Assembly: GCA_043824255.1 (NCBI GenBank)
Contig: JBDRTG010000047.1
Location: 281,798 to 345,797 of the forward strand
Origin: a bacterium
Lineage (GTDB): Bacteria > JAHJDO01
Direction: 5' to 3'
DNA: 64,000 bases
Of the stretch, positions 1 through 9,861 are shown one piece after another. Position numbers and translations under genes: made by a program. Under the pieces are notes generated by a model. The model had not been told where the DNA came from. It ran no database searches and saw only the letters and a list, made by a program, of their open reading frames with translations. Position 1 is the stretch's first letter. Each line of letters opens with the position of its first letter.

Positions 1-425
1 AAATCATAGTCTCCACCGGTCAGGATAAAATCAACATTGCAGTTTTTCATGCTTTCTTCTGGTAATGCAGTCACATGATCGCCTACAAGGGCAATTTTGA
101 GTTTTAAATTTTGAATTTTTAATTCGTTGATGATTTTCCAGTGCTGTTTGACTACCGGCGTTTTTGTTTCCATCATTATCAAATCAGGATTTTCTTCAGC
201 AACAAAATTTAGAAATTCTTTATACGTCTTCTTCTCGGCTATTCCGTCATACCAGATCACCTCATATCCAGCATTCTTGAGCAGGGTTGCAGCGCAGGCA
301 GGAACAACGGGATAAATGTAGGTAGGACTGTGAAACCATTGAAACTGTCTGTTCTGGGAAAGAAGAGGGATCAGTTTCTTGTTTCCTTTGCAGCTAAGCG
401 GCGGATACGCGATGACTATTTTCAT
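1..425 (-). CDS. B12-binding radical SAM protein, N-terminal part (runs off the left edge; not in the ORF track)
   Basis: Manual translation from ATG at 425 (ATGA overlap with the GT2 stop): MKIVIAYPPL...LLSQNRQFQWFHSPTYIYPVVPACAATLLKNAGYEVIWYDGIAE...IALVGDHVTALPEES..VDFILTGGDYDF. This resembles a cobalamin-binding N-terminal domain; the CxxxCxxC motif would lie outside the window. Confidence 0.75.
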   Translation of the reverse strand, partial: MKIVIAYPPLSCKGNKKLIPLLSQNRQFQWFHSPTYIYPVVPACAATLLKNAGYEVIWYDGIAEKKTYKEFLNFVAEENPDLIMMETKTPVVKQHWKIINELKIQNLKLKIALVGDHVTALPEESMKNCNVDFILTGGDYD

Positions 426-1390
426 TCTTCTTCCAGCCTTCTGGAAAGTAATCCTTTTATAAAAAAGATCCCGTAGGCAAAATGCGTAGAGATAATTCCC
501 GGAAATACTAAAAGATTTCCGGACTTTACTGTTTCAAATGCTACTGAAATCAGATATATGCCAAGTATAATAAAGTACACAGATCTAAAGAAAACACAAA
601 GTCCTGTAAAGAATGCTCCTGTTACTATTCCAGCAACAAGCAATGAAGGAACAAAATAGGAAAACTTTTTAGATGTCTGAGGAAATCTCTTAACAAAATA
701 GCCCCTGTGTTTAGCATAACTGGTAACCTGTTTGAGATGTTCTTTAAACAAACGTCTTCTATGATGATACACCAGGGCATTGGGTTCGTATATTATTTTC
801 TTTCCTAATTTTTTTGTTATCTCCAGACATAAAACGGTATCCTCTCCAGGCCAGAAATTGGTATTGAATCCTCCTGATTGTTCAAAGATATTTTTTCTTA
901 CAATCAAATTACATGACGGAAAGTCTTCGACTTCTTTTCTTGTTCTTTTGATATATCTATAACTATATTCTCCACTAACAAGTTTTGATGAATATACCAA
1001 TCCGCTGGCTTTTTGCATAACATCGTCCTTATCAGGAGTTATAGCAGGTCCACCAACAGCCGCTACTTCCGGGTCAATGAAATTCCGAACTGCATTTTTT
1101 AACCAATTTTTTGCCGGATAAACATCATCATCTATGAATGCAACAATTTCTCCTTTAGCTTTTTTAACTCCCATATTTCTCTTCATTGCAGGGCCTGTCT
1201 CGCCTGTAGGAATAACGGAGACATCTTTGTAATTCAGGCTCACTTCTTTATCCGGCAGAAATATAATCTCAAATTCCGGATAGTCAAGCGCAAGACAACT
1301 CCCTATACATTCTGCCAGATATTCAGAGACATCTTTTGCAATTACTATTATTGAGACAAAAGGGTATTTTGAATCAGCTCTTTCTTTCAT
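422..1390 (-). CDS. GT2 family glycosyltransferase
   Basis: VSIIV start, AFIDDD (DxD), GEDT motif, C-terminal transmembrane helices. Confidence 0.9.
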   Translation of the reverse strand: MKERADSKYPFVSIIVIAKDVSEYLAECIGSCLALDYPEFEIIFLPDKEVSLNYKDVSVIPTGETGPAMKRNMGVKKAKGEIVAFIDDDVYPAKNWLKNAVRNFIDPEVAAVGGPAITPDKDDVMQKASGLVYSSKLVSGEYSYRYIKRTRKEVEDFPSCNLIVRKNIFEQSGGFNTNFWPGEDTVLCLEITKKLGKKIIYEPNALVYHHRRRLFKEHLKQVTSYAKHRGYFVKRFPQTSKKFSYFVPSLLVAGIVTGAFFTGLCVFFRSVYFIILGIYLISVAFETVKSGNLLVFPGIISTHFAYGIFFIKGLLSRRLEEE

Positions 1391-2618
1391 GAAAAATCAA
1401 TCCGAAATTTATCAATACAAGCAGTGTCCCGCAGATTAAAAGTACATATATAACCTGTTCCAGTGATTTGTGAAACATACATATTAACCCGACTTGCACT
1501 ATTGTCATAATTACAAGCGCAATAACAAAACTAATCTTATGTCTTGCAATATGAAAGCCGTTGATTATTCCTATAAGCGCGTATGGAAGCATAGCAAGCC
1601 CAAAAATCCATAAGAGATTTACATTACCGGTATATCTGCCGCGTGAAATCAATCTCAATAGAAAATCAGGGAATAGAAAGAAGATAAATATGCCTATCGA
1701 GCATACGAGAAGTGCGAATAGAAGAACCTTTTTTAAAATTGGAAGAGTATTCTTATTGATTGTATGCGCTTCAGCCACCATTGGGAACATGACCACTACT
1801 ATTGCTCCGGGCAGATACAGGATGCTTTTTCCAAGCACGGATATTGCCGCATATTGGCCTGCGATATCCGCAGAGAAATAGTGCTTCACAAGTGTCATGT
1901 CAATCATTGTTAATACTGCGTAAAATGAAATCGACATAGCCACTGGGAGACAAAAAAGAAGCATTTCTTTCTTGTATTTTTTTACTGATTCAATTTTTAC
2001 TTTTATAATATCCTTTATCACTTTACCAAGTATCAAAATCACTGTTACGCTAGCTACTACAGAAGCAAGAATTGCTCCATTCAATCCGAACCCCAGCCAT
2101 ACAAGCAGAGCTCCGCTTCCAATCCTTGAAAAAGGGCCTAAAATTTGACTTAAAGCAATATAATTAAATCTCTGCATTCCTGTCGCTACGGCTAAAAATA
2201 AACTTAAAATACAGGAAATGGAAAACGAGAAACTAACTATTATTATAGGAGATACATGCTCTAACTTGTAGTAATCCATAATCTGGAATCTGGCTGCAAA
2301 AATTAAAATAGAAACAATAATTCCTGCTGGAACAATATACTTGAAAGATTTAAGAATAATCCCCTTTATCTTCCCAAATTCGTTTTTACCTTTGAATCCT
2401 GCGATATACTTTGTGATAACTAAGCTTATAGTTCCTGTTCCTATTGAAATTATTACTCCAAATGAGAACAGTGCGTTCATAGCCCCAAAATCAGCGACAG
2501 AGAGATTTCTTCCCATAAAGAATTGGAAAAGATATTGAAAGAAGTTGCCTGCCATTGCAGCAACAAAAAGCAATGCACTGTTTTTATACAGAGAATCTTT
2601 TTTAATGAATGCTAACAT
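1374..2618 (-). CDS. Wzx/MOP-type oligosaccharide flippase
   Basis: Many hydrophobic segments, LSVADFG motif, glycan-locus context. Confidence 0.85.
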   Translation of the reverse strand: MLAFIKKDSLYKNSALLFVAAMAGNFFQYLFQFFMGRNLSVADFGAMNALFSFGVIISIGTGTISLVITKYIAGFKGKNEFGKIKGIILKSFKYIVPAGIIVSILIFAARFQIMDYYKLEHVSPIIIVSFSFSISCILSLFLAVATGMQRFNYIALSQILGPFSRIGSGALLVWLGFGLNGAILASVVASVTVILILGKVIKDIIKVKIESVKKYKKEMLLFCLPVAMSISFYAVLTMIDMTLVKHYFSADIAGQYAAISVLGKSILYLPGAIVVVMFPMVAEAHTINKNTLPILKKVLLFALLVCSIGIFIFFLFPDFLLRLISRGRYTGNVNLLWIFGLAMLPYALIGIINGFHIARHKISFVIALVIMTIVQVGLICMFHKSLEQVIYVLLICGTLLVLINFGLIFHERKS

Positions 2619-2629
2619 AAATACACCAC

Positions 2630-2653
2630 AACAAGGGGTTGAAACCCCTTGTT
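2630..2653. repeat. Intergenic palindrome (REP-like hairpin)
   Basis: AACAAGGGGTT-GA-AACCCCTTGTT, a perfect 11-bp inverted repeat. Confidence 0.7.
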
Positions 2654-2667
2654 CACTTATTCTCCCA

Positions 2668-3711
2668 TTATCTGAATAATGATCTGTTCTTATTGACCCA
2701 GTCGGACAGTTTCTTTACTCCAGTTTCTACGTCTGTTTTGGGCTGCCATGCAAGCTCTTTTCTTGCTTTCTCAATGCTGCATACAAACACGGGCTGATCA
2801 CCGGGCCGCCAATCACTGAAACTGTATTCTGTTTTTTTATTTAAGAATCTCTCAAGAAAGGAAATAAGTTCAAGCAAAGACATTTTATTACCAGGGCCAC
2901 CGCCTATGTTATAGATTTTTCCGGAAGCAGCTTCTATATTCTCTATGGCTTTTTCATATGCATCAACTAAATCATCAATAAACAGTACGTCTCTAACCTG
3001 TTTCCCGTCTCCATAGATTGTAATTGGTTTATCCATTGATGCAGCTATTGTAAACCACGCAACCCAGCCCTGGTCTTCTACGCCAAATTGTCTGTATCCA
3101 TAAATGCAGCTCTGGCGCATAACAACAGTTCTCAGTCCGTATATTCTGGAATAATCTCTAACATACTGATCAGCTGCGCCCTTTGAGCAGCCATAAGGGG
3201 AATGAAAATCCAATATTCTATTCTCAGAGATTCCCTCTGGCAGAGACTCGTATTCATATCTGCCGTTTCTTTCAATCACTTTTATGTCAGTCATCCCTCC
3301 ATAAACCTTGTTTGTGGAAGCGTAAATAAATATTGGATTAAGCTTATTTTCTCTTACTGCTTCCAGAAGATTAAATGTGCCAAGCGCATTTATCTGGAAA
3401 TCTTCTCTTGGTTCTAAAACAGAAGTTGTAACAGCTACCTGCGCAGCAAGATGAAGCACAACATCAATGCTATTTTCCCGAAAGCCTTTCGGGACAAAAA
3501 TCTTCTTGACCTTTGCATAATCTCTGATATCACAATCTATGAACTCAAATTCTCCCTGTTTCCTGAGCCAGCCAAGATTATCTTTAGAACCCTTTCTTGA
3601 GAGATTGTCCAGAACCGCTACCTCATACCCTTTGTCTATAAACCGTTTTGCAGCATTACAACCGATAAATCCGGCACCGCCTGTTATTAATATCTTCAAT
3701 CTTTGTACCAT
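2668..3711 (-). CDS. rfbE: CDP-paratose 2-epimerase (CDP-tyvelose epimerase)-like extended SDR
   Basis: GGAGFIG, HLAAQVAVTTS, ASTNKVYG, HSPYGCSKGAADQY, DQGWVAWF. Confidence 0.8.
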   Translation of the reverse strand: MVQRLKILITGGAGFIGCNAAKRFIDKGYEVAVLDNLSRKGSKDNLGWLRKQGEFEFIDCDIRDYAKVKKIFVPKGFRENSIDVVLHLAAQVAVTTSVLEPREDFQINALGTFNLLEAVRENKLNPIFIYASTNKVYGGMTDIKVIERNGRYEYESLPEGISENRILDFHSPYGCSKGAADQYVRDYSRIYGLRTVVMRQSCIYGYRQFGVEDQGWVAWFTIAASMDKPITIYGDGKQVRDVLFIDDLVDAYEKAIENIEAASGKIYNIGGGPGNKMSLLELISFLERFLNKKTEYSFSDWRPGDQPVFVCSIEKARKELAWQPKTDVETGVKKLSDWVNKNRSLFR

Positions 3712-4682
3712 TTAATAGTTTCTCTAAGCCCCTTTTCCAGGCTGCAAACTGGTTTCCATCCCAGAAGCCTTTCTGCTTTGGTGCTTGACAGGTATTGATT
3801 GTTTATTTCTCCTTTGCTTTTACCCTTGCCTTTTATAACAGGCTTCAAAGACTTGCTTCCGGAAACCGCAATAATTTTCTTTACTAAATCCAATACTTTT
3901 ACCGGACTATTTGACCCAAAATTAAATGCTTCACCTTTTATGCCTTTTTCATCAGCCTTTTCTGCAGCAATAAGATACGCACTAACTGCATCGTCAATAT
4001 AGATATAATCTCTTAGCGGGGTTCCATCGCTCCTGATAATTGGATCCTTATTCTGAAGAATAGATCTAATTGTGTCTGGAATAATTCTTGAGAAATTCAG
4101 GTCCCCGCCTCCATAAATATTAGCACATCTTGTTACAACAATCGGCATATCATATGTACAGGCATAAGTTCTCGCAAGTATGTCAGTACATGCCTTTGAT
4201 GCATCATATGGATGGAGTGCATTTAGCGAATAGGACTCTTTATATGGTAAATCTTGCTGCTCTCCATAAGCCTTATCACTGGATGCTATAACTATTCGCT
4301 CTAGCCCTATATTCCTTGCTGCCTCAAGAATATTCCATGTGCCCCTTATATTGGATTCAAATGTAGAAATAGGAGACTTATTTGCAATTCCCACTATTGT
4401 CTGCGCTCCAATGTGGAAGCATGAGTCTATATTGTGCTCATTAAAGATACGAGCTATAAGCTGATAATCTATAAGATCTCCCTTTACAACAGCTTCCAGG
4501 CTGTTATAAACATTTTTCATATTTGTCAGGACTGAGCCAGGGATCCAATCTCTAATCAAAACCACTACTCTTGCGCCAGAGTCAACCAATGCCTTTGTAA
4601 GCCACGAGCCTAAAAATCCGTTTGCGCCTGTAATAAATACTCTTTTATTCTTCCAGAATTTCCTATCCGTTTCTTTACTCAT
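3696..4682 (-). CDS. NDP-sugar 4,6-dehydratase (CDP-glucose 4,6-dehydratase RfbG-like)
   Basis: FWKNKRVFITGANGFLG, SSDKAYG, PYDASK, NIYGGGDLN; start at 4682 follows a GGAGAAGG RBS (alternative start 4694). Confidence 0.75.
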   Translation of the reverse strand: MSKETDRKFWKNKRVFITGANGFLGSWLTKALVDSGARVVVLIRDWIPGSVLTNMKNVYNSLEAVVKGDLIDYQLIARIFNEHNIDSCFHIGAQTIVGIANKSPISTFESNIRGTWNILEAARNIGLERIVIASSDKAYGEQQDLPYKESYSLNALHPYDASKACTDILARTYACTYDMPIVVTRCANIYGGGDLNFSRIIPDTIRSILQNKDPIIRSDGTPLRDYIYIDDAVSAYLIAAEKADEKGIKGEAFNFGSNSPVKVLDLVKKIIAVSGSKSLKPVIKGKGKSKGEINNQYLSSTKAERLLGWKPVCSLEKGLRETIKWYKD

Positions 4683-4886
4683 ACCTTCTCCCATAATATG
4701 TTTTTAACAGTGTTGTGAATTATATTATATTAAGCATGAAATAGCAATTTTAAAAGCAAGCAGGCACCCGATATCCATCGGAATAGAGTATTTTTAAACG
4801 GTGTTTAACAACAACTTTGTTGACAAACAAGAAATTATGTTGGAACATATGGAACAATGAAAGGAGTCAATTTGAGGAGAAATAAA

Positions 4887-5693
4887 ATGACTAAATCTTC
4901 AAAATATGACTTTCACATTCACACAAAATATTTAGGTTGTGGAAATTCCACGATGGAGGTCTCTTCTATTGTAAATGAATGTGAACGATTGGGAGTTACC
5001 TCCATGGCGATAACAGACCATCTGAACTCCCTTGATAAGTTGCAACTTCATGTCCCTATCCGAAAAGATATTGAAAAATTAGATACGAAGATAAAAGTTT
5101 ATTTTGGTGTGGAATCGAATTTTACTGGATATAACAAGGAATTTGCTTTCAACCAGGAAGTCAAAGAGAAATATGGATTTCAGTTCGCAATAGGTGGGAT
5201 ACACTCCACGTACCTGAAGAAATATGACATAAAGAAGCTGGTTGATACTCAACACAAACATCATTTAAAAACATGTCAAGATCCTCTTGTTCAGGTCCTG
5301 GTACATCCGTATTGGTTTGGGAAAGGTGAATTTGACAAAAATGGATGGCCATGGTTCAATTCAATGAAAGCTGTTTCCGAGACCTATGTGCGAGAGCTTG
5401 GACAGGTCGCAAGAGAAACAGGGACTGCTATAGAGATAAATGGGTGTGCCAATCTGAAGAATCCAGCATTTAGCCAGGACTATGTGAAAGAATATTTTGA
5501 TTACCTGTCAATTCTTGCAGAGGAAGGAGTTATTTTCTGTTTGGGGTCAGACGCTCATGACATCAGCCGTCTTGCAATGATCCAAGATGTCTGGCAAGTC
5601 GTGGGACGACTTAATTTATCTCCAGACCGAATCTGGCAGCCTGAATGTAAACCTATGGTCGGTGGGACGGCAAGAGATGTTCCTATCTCATAA
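4887..5693 (+). CDS. PHP-domain metallo-phosphoesterase (HisK/YcdX-like)
   Basis: DFHIHT, AITDH, HP, EIN, GSDAH motifs; GAGGAG RBS before ATG 4887. Confidence 0.85.
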   Translation: MTKSSKYDFHIHTKYLGCGNSTMEVSSIVNECERLGVTSMAITDHLNSLDKLQLHVPIRKDIEKLDTKIKVYFGVESNFTGYNKEFAFNQEVKEKYGFQFAIGGIHSTYLKKYDIKKLVDTQHKHHLKTCQDPLVQVLVHPYWFGKGEFDKNGWPWFNSMKAVSETYVRELGQVARETGTAIEINGCANLKNPAFSQDYVKEYFDYLSILAEEGVIFCLGSDAHDISRLAMIQDVWQVVGRLNLSPDRIWQPECKPMVGGTARDVPIS

Positions 5694-6186
5694 GTGATAT
5701 TATTTGTTTCGCAACATCCGAAGTGGACAGTTCCGAAGTGTCTATTATATAATCTGCGTCTTTTTCGTATTTTTCTTTTCTTTGTATGAGAACCTCTTCT
5801 ATTTCATCTACAAAGCTCTTTCCATCTGTTAAAGATGGCCTATGTGTTCCGTGTTTTATCCTTTTTACAATTGTAGTAATATCTGCCTTAAGCCAGAACA
5901 CTTTGCTGTTTTTTCTGAGATTTTTTACATTCTTATCACGCAGGATTACTCCGCCGCCTGTGTCAATAATGTAGTTATCAAGACTAGAAACTTGTTCCGC
6001 AATTTCAGATTCCATATCCCTGAACCTGTCCCATCCAAATTTCTCAACGATCTCTGGAATTGACATGCCTGCTTTTTTTGTGATTTCCTCATCCATATTA
6101 AGTACAGGCAGTTTCAATTCTTTACTCAGCACTCTTGCAACGCTGGATTTGCCACTACCTCTATAACCAATCAGAACAATATTCAT
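5683..6186 (-). CDS. aroK: Shikimate kinase
   Basis: GYRGSGKS P-loop, FRDME, TGGGV, RPSL. Confidence 0.93.
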   Translation of the reverse strand: MNIVLIGYRGSGKSSVARVLSKELKLPVLNMDEEITKKAGMSIPEIVEKFGWDRFRDMESEIAEQVSSLDNYIIDTGGGVILRDKNVKNLRKNSKVFWLKADITTIVKRIKHGTHRPSLTDGKSFVDEIEEVLIQRKEKYEKDADYIIDTSELSTSDVAKQIISLMR

Positions 6187-7478
6187 TACTCGGAAAACTC
6201 TACGTGCGGGTTGTTGCCATAGATTATATTAACGGGCCTGCCTTTGTGGAGAATTGACATTCTACCTGCTTCCATAACAAGTTCATTGATATAACTGTTT
6301 CGAGGTGTGGCAATTATGCCTTTTTCGTCTATGCTTTTAAGCATCTCTCTTTTTCTTTCCAGAGCGTCTTGCTTCGACATTTGGGCAGTTCCATTATTGA
6401 TGAAGTGTGCCGATTTTACAATCGCTTCAACTGAATCATATCCATAGCCAACTGGTTTCAGCCCTTCTCCCTCCCATGGAACAAGTTTGAAATAATCCGG
6501 ACTTGCAAAATTATAAAGCGTGCCTCCTGGACCTGGATCCTTAACAAAGGAGTGTGTAACACCTCTATTCTGGTCATTATGTCTTATGAGAGCTCCTTTT
6601 TTCCCATCATCACAAAAGAGTGTAATCCCCTGGTCATTGCTTCCCGCACCATCGTCAGGATATCCGAGACCATCAACAACGTTGAGTATGCCCCCATTCT
6701 CAAATACCACTCTTCCACTTGTCCACATATATCCAATCTTTCCATTCGGGAATTTCCCCTCTATTCCAATGACTGAAATATTTACCGGCTTCAGTCCTGT
6801 CATAAAATAAACCTGGTCCACATAATGACATCCTACATATGTGAATGGGTCAGAGTTCTCTTTAACAAACCAGTTCTGAAAATTGGAGTTTCTATAAAAC
6901 CATGGTTCCACCATTCTGGCCTCACCCACTTTAAACTCGCCAAATCTTCCTGAAGCATAGTCGCCTTTTACAAGCAGAGCACGTCTGTCAAACCTCTTGT
7001 GATATTCTATTCCTATAAAAAGCCCTTTTTTATACGCAAGTTTTTCAATTTCACAGGACTGAGAGTATTTTAGAACAAGCGGTTTTACGCAAAGTATATG
7101 CTGAGAAGCAGCTATAGCTTCCTTTATTACATCATAATGAAACTGGTCTGGCACAGCTACAACTACCACATTGTAAGGCTGCATTTCCCTGATAACCTCC
7201 CTGAACTCATTGGGAAACATTTTCTTCGGAGACTCCGATATATCAGGACGAGCTCTAAACCCGAAACATGGAAATGCTTTTTTGAATGTTTCAGAATCTG
7301 CCAAAGCCTTCAGTGGAACAGAATTCAAGGCGCATATCGTAATATCACTAACTATGCCTATACGCTTTAAATGATAAATTGACGGTAACAGCTGATCATG
7401 AGTGATCATACCTCCGCCAATAATTGCAACCTTAAGTTTATCATTTCTTGGAGTCATAATTTTTTCTCCTGAGTTCAA
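6186..7478 (-). CDS. Gfo/Idh/MocA family oxidoreductase
   Basis: IIGGGMI Rossmann motif, PDQFH, CVKP (variant of EKP), YHKRFD. Confidence 0.8.
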   Translation of the reverse strand: MNSGEKIMTPRNDKLKVAIIGGGMITHDQLLPSIYHLKRIGIVSDITICALNSVPLKALADSETFKKAFPCFGFRARPDISESPKKMFPNEFREVIREMQPYNVVVVAVPDQFHYDVIKEAIAASQHILCVKPLVLKYSQSCEIEKLAYKKGLFIGIEYHKRFDRRALLVKGDYASGRFGEFKVGEARMVEPWFYRNSNFQNWFVKENSDPFTYVGCHYVDQVYFMTGLKPVNISVIGIEGKFPNGKIGYMWTSGRVVFENGGILNVVDGLGYPDDGAGSNDQGITLFCDDGKKGALIRHNDQNRGVTHSFVKDPGPGGTLYNFASPDYFKLVPWEGEGLKPVGYGYDSVEAIVKSAHFINNGTAQMSKQDALERKREMLKSIDEKGIIATPRNSYINELVMEAGRMSILHKGRPVNIIYGNNPHVEFSE

Positions 7479-7479
7479 C

Positions 7480-8856
7480 CTATCTCATTACCTTATCAAG
7501 TGTTTCCTTAATGCCAGCTTTTCCATATAAGCCGTCATCTATCGCCTCTTTTGTTATACAAAGTGGTGGACAAAATTTGATAGCACCATAACCCTTGCCT
7601 ACAGGTGCAAAGAACAAGTTTCCGGAAAGGAAGCACTGTTCACAAAACCTGAACGCTGTATCTGCATCCGGCACAAGGTCTTCTCTATTATTAAAAAAGA
7701 GCATACCTATAACCAGCCCAATCCCCCCAACATCAATTCTTCCTCTATATGGCTCTGTAATCTCAGTCAGTTTCCCTTTCAGGTAATTACCCATATTTGC
7801 TGCGTTCTCAATTAAACCTTCTTCAAGCAGTACACTTATGCTGGCAATAGATGCAACTGCAGGTAAAGGACTTCCTGTGTGAGTACTTGTCATTTCTCCA
7901 GGACCATACTGATCCATATACTCAGCTCTTCCAATAACAGCTGAAAGCGGGAGCGAACTTGTAATTCCCTTACCGCAGCAAACCATATCAGGAACTACTC
8001 CATAATGCTCAAAAGCAAAAAGTTTGCCTGTCCTCCCAAAACCTGCCTGCACCTCGTCAAAAATAAGTGCTGCATTATTCTCATCACACCATTCTCTTAA
8101 TGACCTGACATACTCAACAGGCATAAGTTTTGCCTCTCTTCCCTGAAAGGTCTCCACAATAACCCCTGAAACATCACATGAAGCAATATTCAGCTTCTGT
8201 AACCTCCTTGTAAATACATCAAAGCTTTTGTCTTTTACTTCAACACTTCCCGGGAAAGGCACCTGTGCAAAATATGGATTTTCGTCAACCCATTCAGCGC
8301 CTCCCAACACACCGCCTGCTAATTGGGCTCCGTATGTTCTGCCGTGAAAAGCGCCCTGAAAGCTGATAATGTAACGTTTTTTTGAGTTAATTCTTATTCC
8401 ATGAGTTCTTGCCAATTTCATAGAGACTTCTACAGCCTCGGAACCTGTTGTAAGAAGGAATACCTTATTCAGTTCTGATGGAGAAATCTCAATAAGCTTC
8501 TCAGCAAGATCTGCTCTTATCTCATTAGGAAAGCAATATGTGTGAAGCGGACCTTTGGTTTGAAGATAATCCAGTAAAGCTTTTTTTATTTTTGGATGCC
8601 CATGTCCTACACTTGTAACAAGTACGCCTGAACTCCAATCCAACCACTTATTTCCATATCCATCCTCAATATTAACACCTTCTACTTTATGCCATACTAC
8701 AGGAGCCTGCCCTCTCATTGACCTTGATTCATTGGTTCTGAGTTTGTTTAATATAGGTATAGACTCAGGAGCTGGAATCTTGGTAATAATCTTTCTGTAA
8801 GGTGTTTCTATAAATGGAACTTTTCTTGGTTCAAGTGGAAATTCTTTTGCTGCCAT
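7480..8856 (-). CDS. Class III PLP-dependent aminotransferase
   Basis: GSEAVE, FHGRT, FDEVQAGFGRTG, PDMVCCGK (catalytic Lys present). Confidence 0.9.
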   Translation of the reverse strand: MAAKEFPLEPRKVPFIETPYRKIITKIPAPESIPILNKLRTNESRSMRGQAPVVWHKVEGVNIEDGYGNKWLDWSSGVLVTSVGHGHPKIKKALLDYLQTKGPLHTYCFPNEIRADLAEKLIEISPSELNKVFLLTTGSEAVEVSMKLARTHGIRINSKKRYIISFQGAFHGRTYGAQLAGGVLGGAEWVDENPYFAQVPFPGSVEVKDKSFDVFTRRLQKLNIASCDVSGVIVETFQGREAKLMPVEYVRSLREWCDENNAALIFDEVQAGFGRTGKLFAFEHYGVVPDMVCCGKGITSSLPLSAVIGRAEYMDQYGPGEMTSTHTGSPLPAVASIASISVLLEEGLIENAANMGNYLKGKLTEITEPYRGRIDVGGIGLVIGMLFFNNREDLVPDADTAFRFCEQCFLSGNLFFAPVGKGYGAIKFCPPLCITKEAIDDGLYGKAGIKETLDKVMR

Positions 8857-8886
8857 ATAGTCCCCCTTTCTACTACTAAAAATATA

Positions 8887-9729
8887 TCACAAAACCTGGC
8901 ATGCTTCCCTCATCACTTTGATTGGTGCTGGCTTACCTGTCCAGAGTTCAAATTGCAGAGCTGCTTGATAGATGAACATGTCAATTCCTGATATCACAAC
9001 ACATCCAGTATCTTCTGCATCTATGATAAGACGTGTCTTAAGAGGGGTGTAAATAATATCAAAAACTGTTAATGAACTCCTTAATAATCTCTTTGGAACA
9101 GGTGTGTCATTAATTTTTGGATGCATTCCAACAGGTGTGCATTGTATTAAAATATCGACATCCTGCAGCCGCTTTTCGAGAGACTTCTCATTTGTAATGA
9201 ATCCCTTAGCCTGAGAAATCCTTTTAGTAGAAGATATATCCTGAACTAGTTTGTCTATTTCTTTTTGTATGATTCCACCAATTACAAGAGATGCAGGTCT
9301 TTCTTTCATAATAAGTGTAAATGCAATTGCTCGCGCAGCACCGCCAGAGCCCAAAATTAAGATTCTTTTACCCTTAATATCAACACCCTTTTCTTTTAAC
9401 GAACGTACTGCTGCAGTTCCATCAGTGGTGTATCCTTTTAGATTTCTGTTTTCATTAACAATGGTATTAACTGAACCTATTCTATCTGCAACTTCATCAA
9501 TCTCATCAAGATATTTTATTATTTCTACTTTATGGGGAATTGTAACGCTTATGCCTTTTATGCCTAGTTCTCTTATACCTGCTATTGCAGAGGATACATC
9601 CCGAACTCTAAATGCAAGGTAAACATAATTAAGTCCAAGATGATCAAACGCTGCATTATGTATGGCAGGGGATAAGGAATGTTCTATAGGATTCCCAATA
9701 ACAGCACAAAGTTGAGTCTTTGCATCCAT
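8887..9729 (-). CDS. aroE: Shikimate dehydrogenase
   Basis: HSLSP, SVTIPHK, GSVNT, GSGGAARA, DIIYTP, QA..QFELWTG. Confidence 0.95.
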   Translation of the reverse strand: MDAKTQLCAVIGNPIEHSLSPAIHNAAFDHLGLNYVYLAFRVRDVSSAIAGIRELGIKGISVTIPHKVEIIKYLDEIDEVADRIGSVNTIVNENRNLKGYTTDGTAAVRSLKEKGVDIKGKRILILGSGGAARAIAFTLIMKERPASLVIGGIIQKEIDKLVQDISSTKRISQAKGFITNEKSLEKRLQDVDILIQCTPVGMHPKINDTPVPKRLLRSSLTVFDIIYTPLKTRLIIDAEDTGCVVISGIDMFIYQAALQFELWTGKPAPIKVMREACQVL

Positions 9730-9861
9730 GCACCCTATATAGCATAATGCTCAGTAAATATCAACTTTGGAACAATCATAAAAACAAGAATATTCTTTAC
9801 GAATTTTCATTTTTTGGTATAATTCCTAACGTGATAAAAACTTAACAGGAGGACTTAGATT

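Noticed and set aside
4820..4856. TTGACA plus a TGGAACA direct repeat upstream of the PHP gene
   Set aside because: No properly spaced -10 box, and the repeat is too short to support an operator call.
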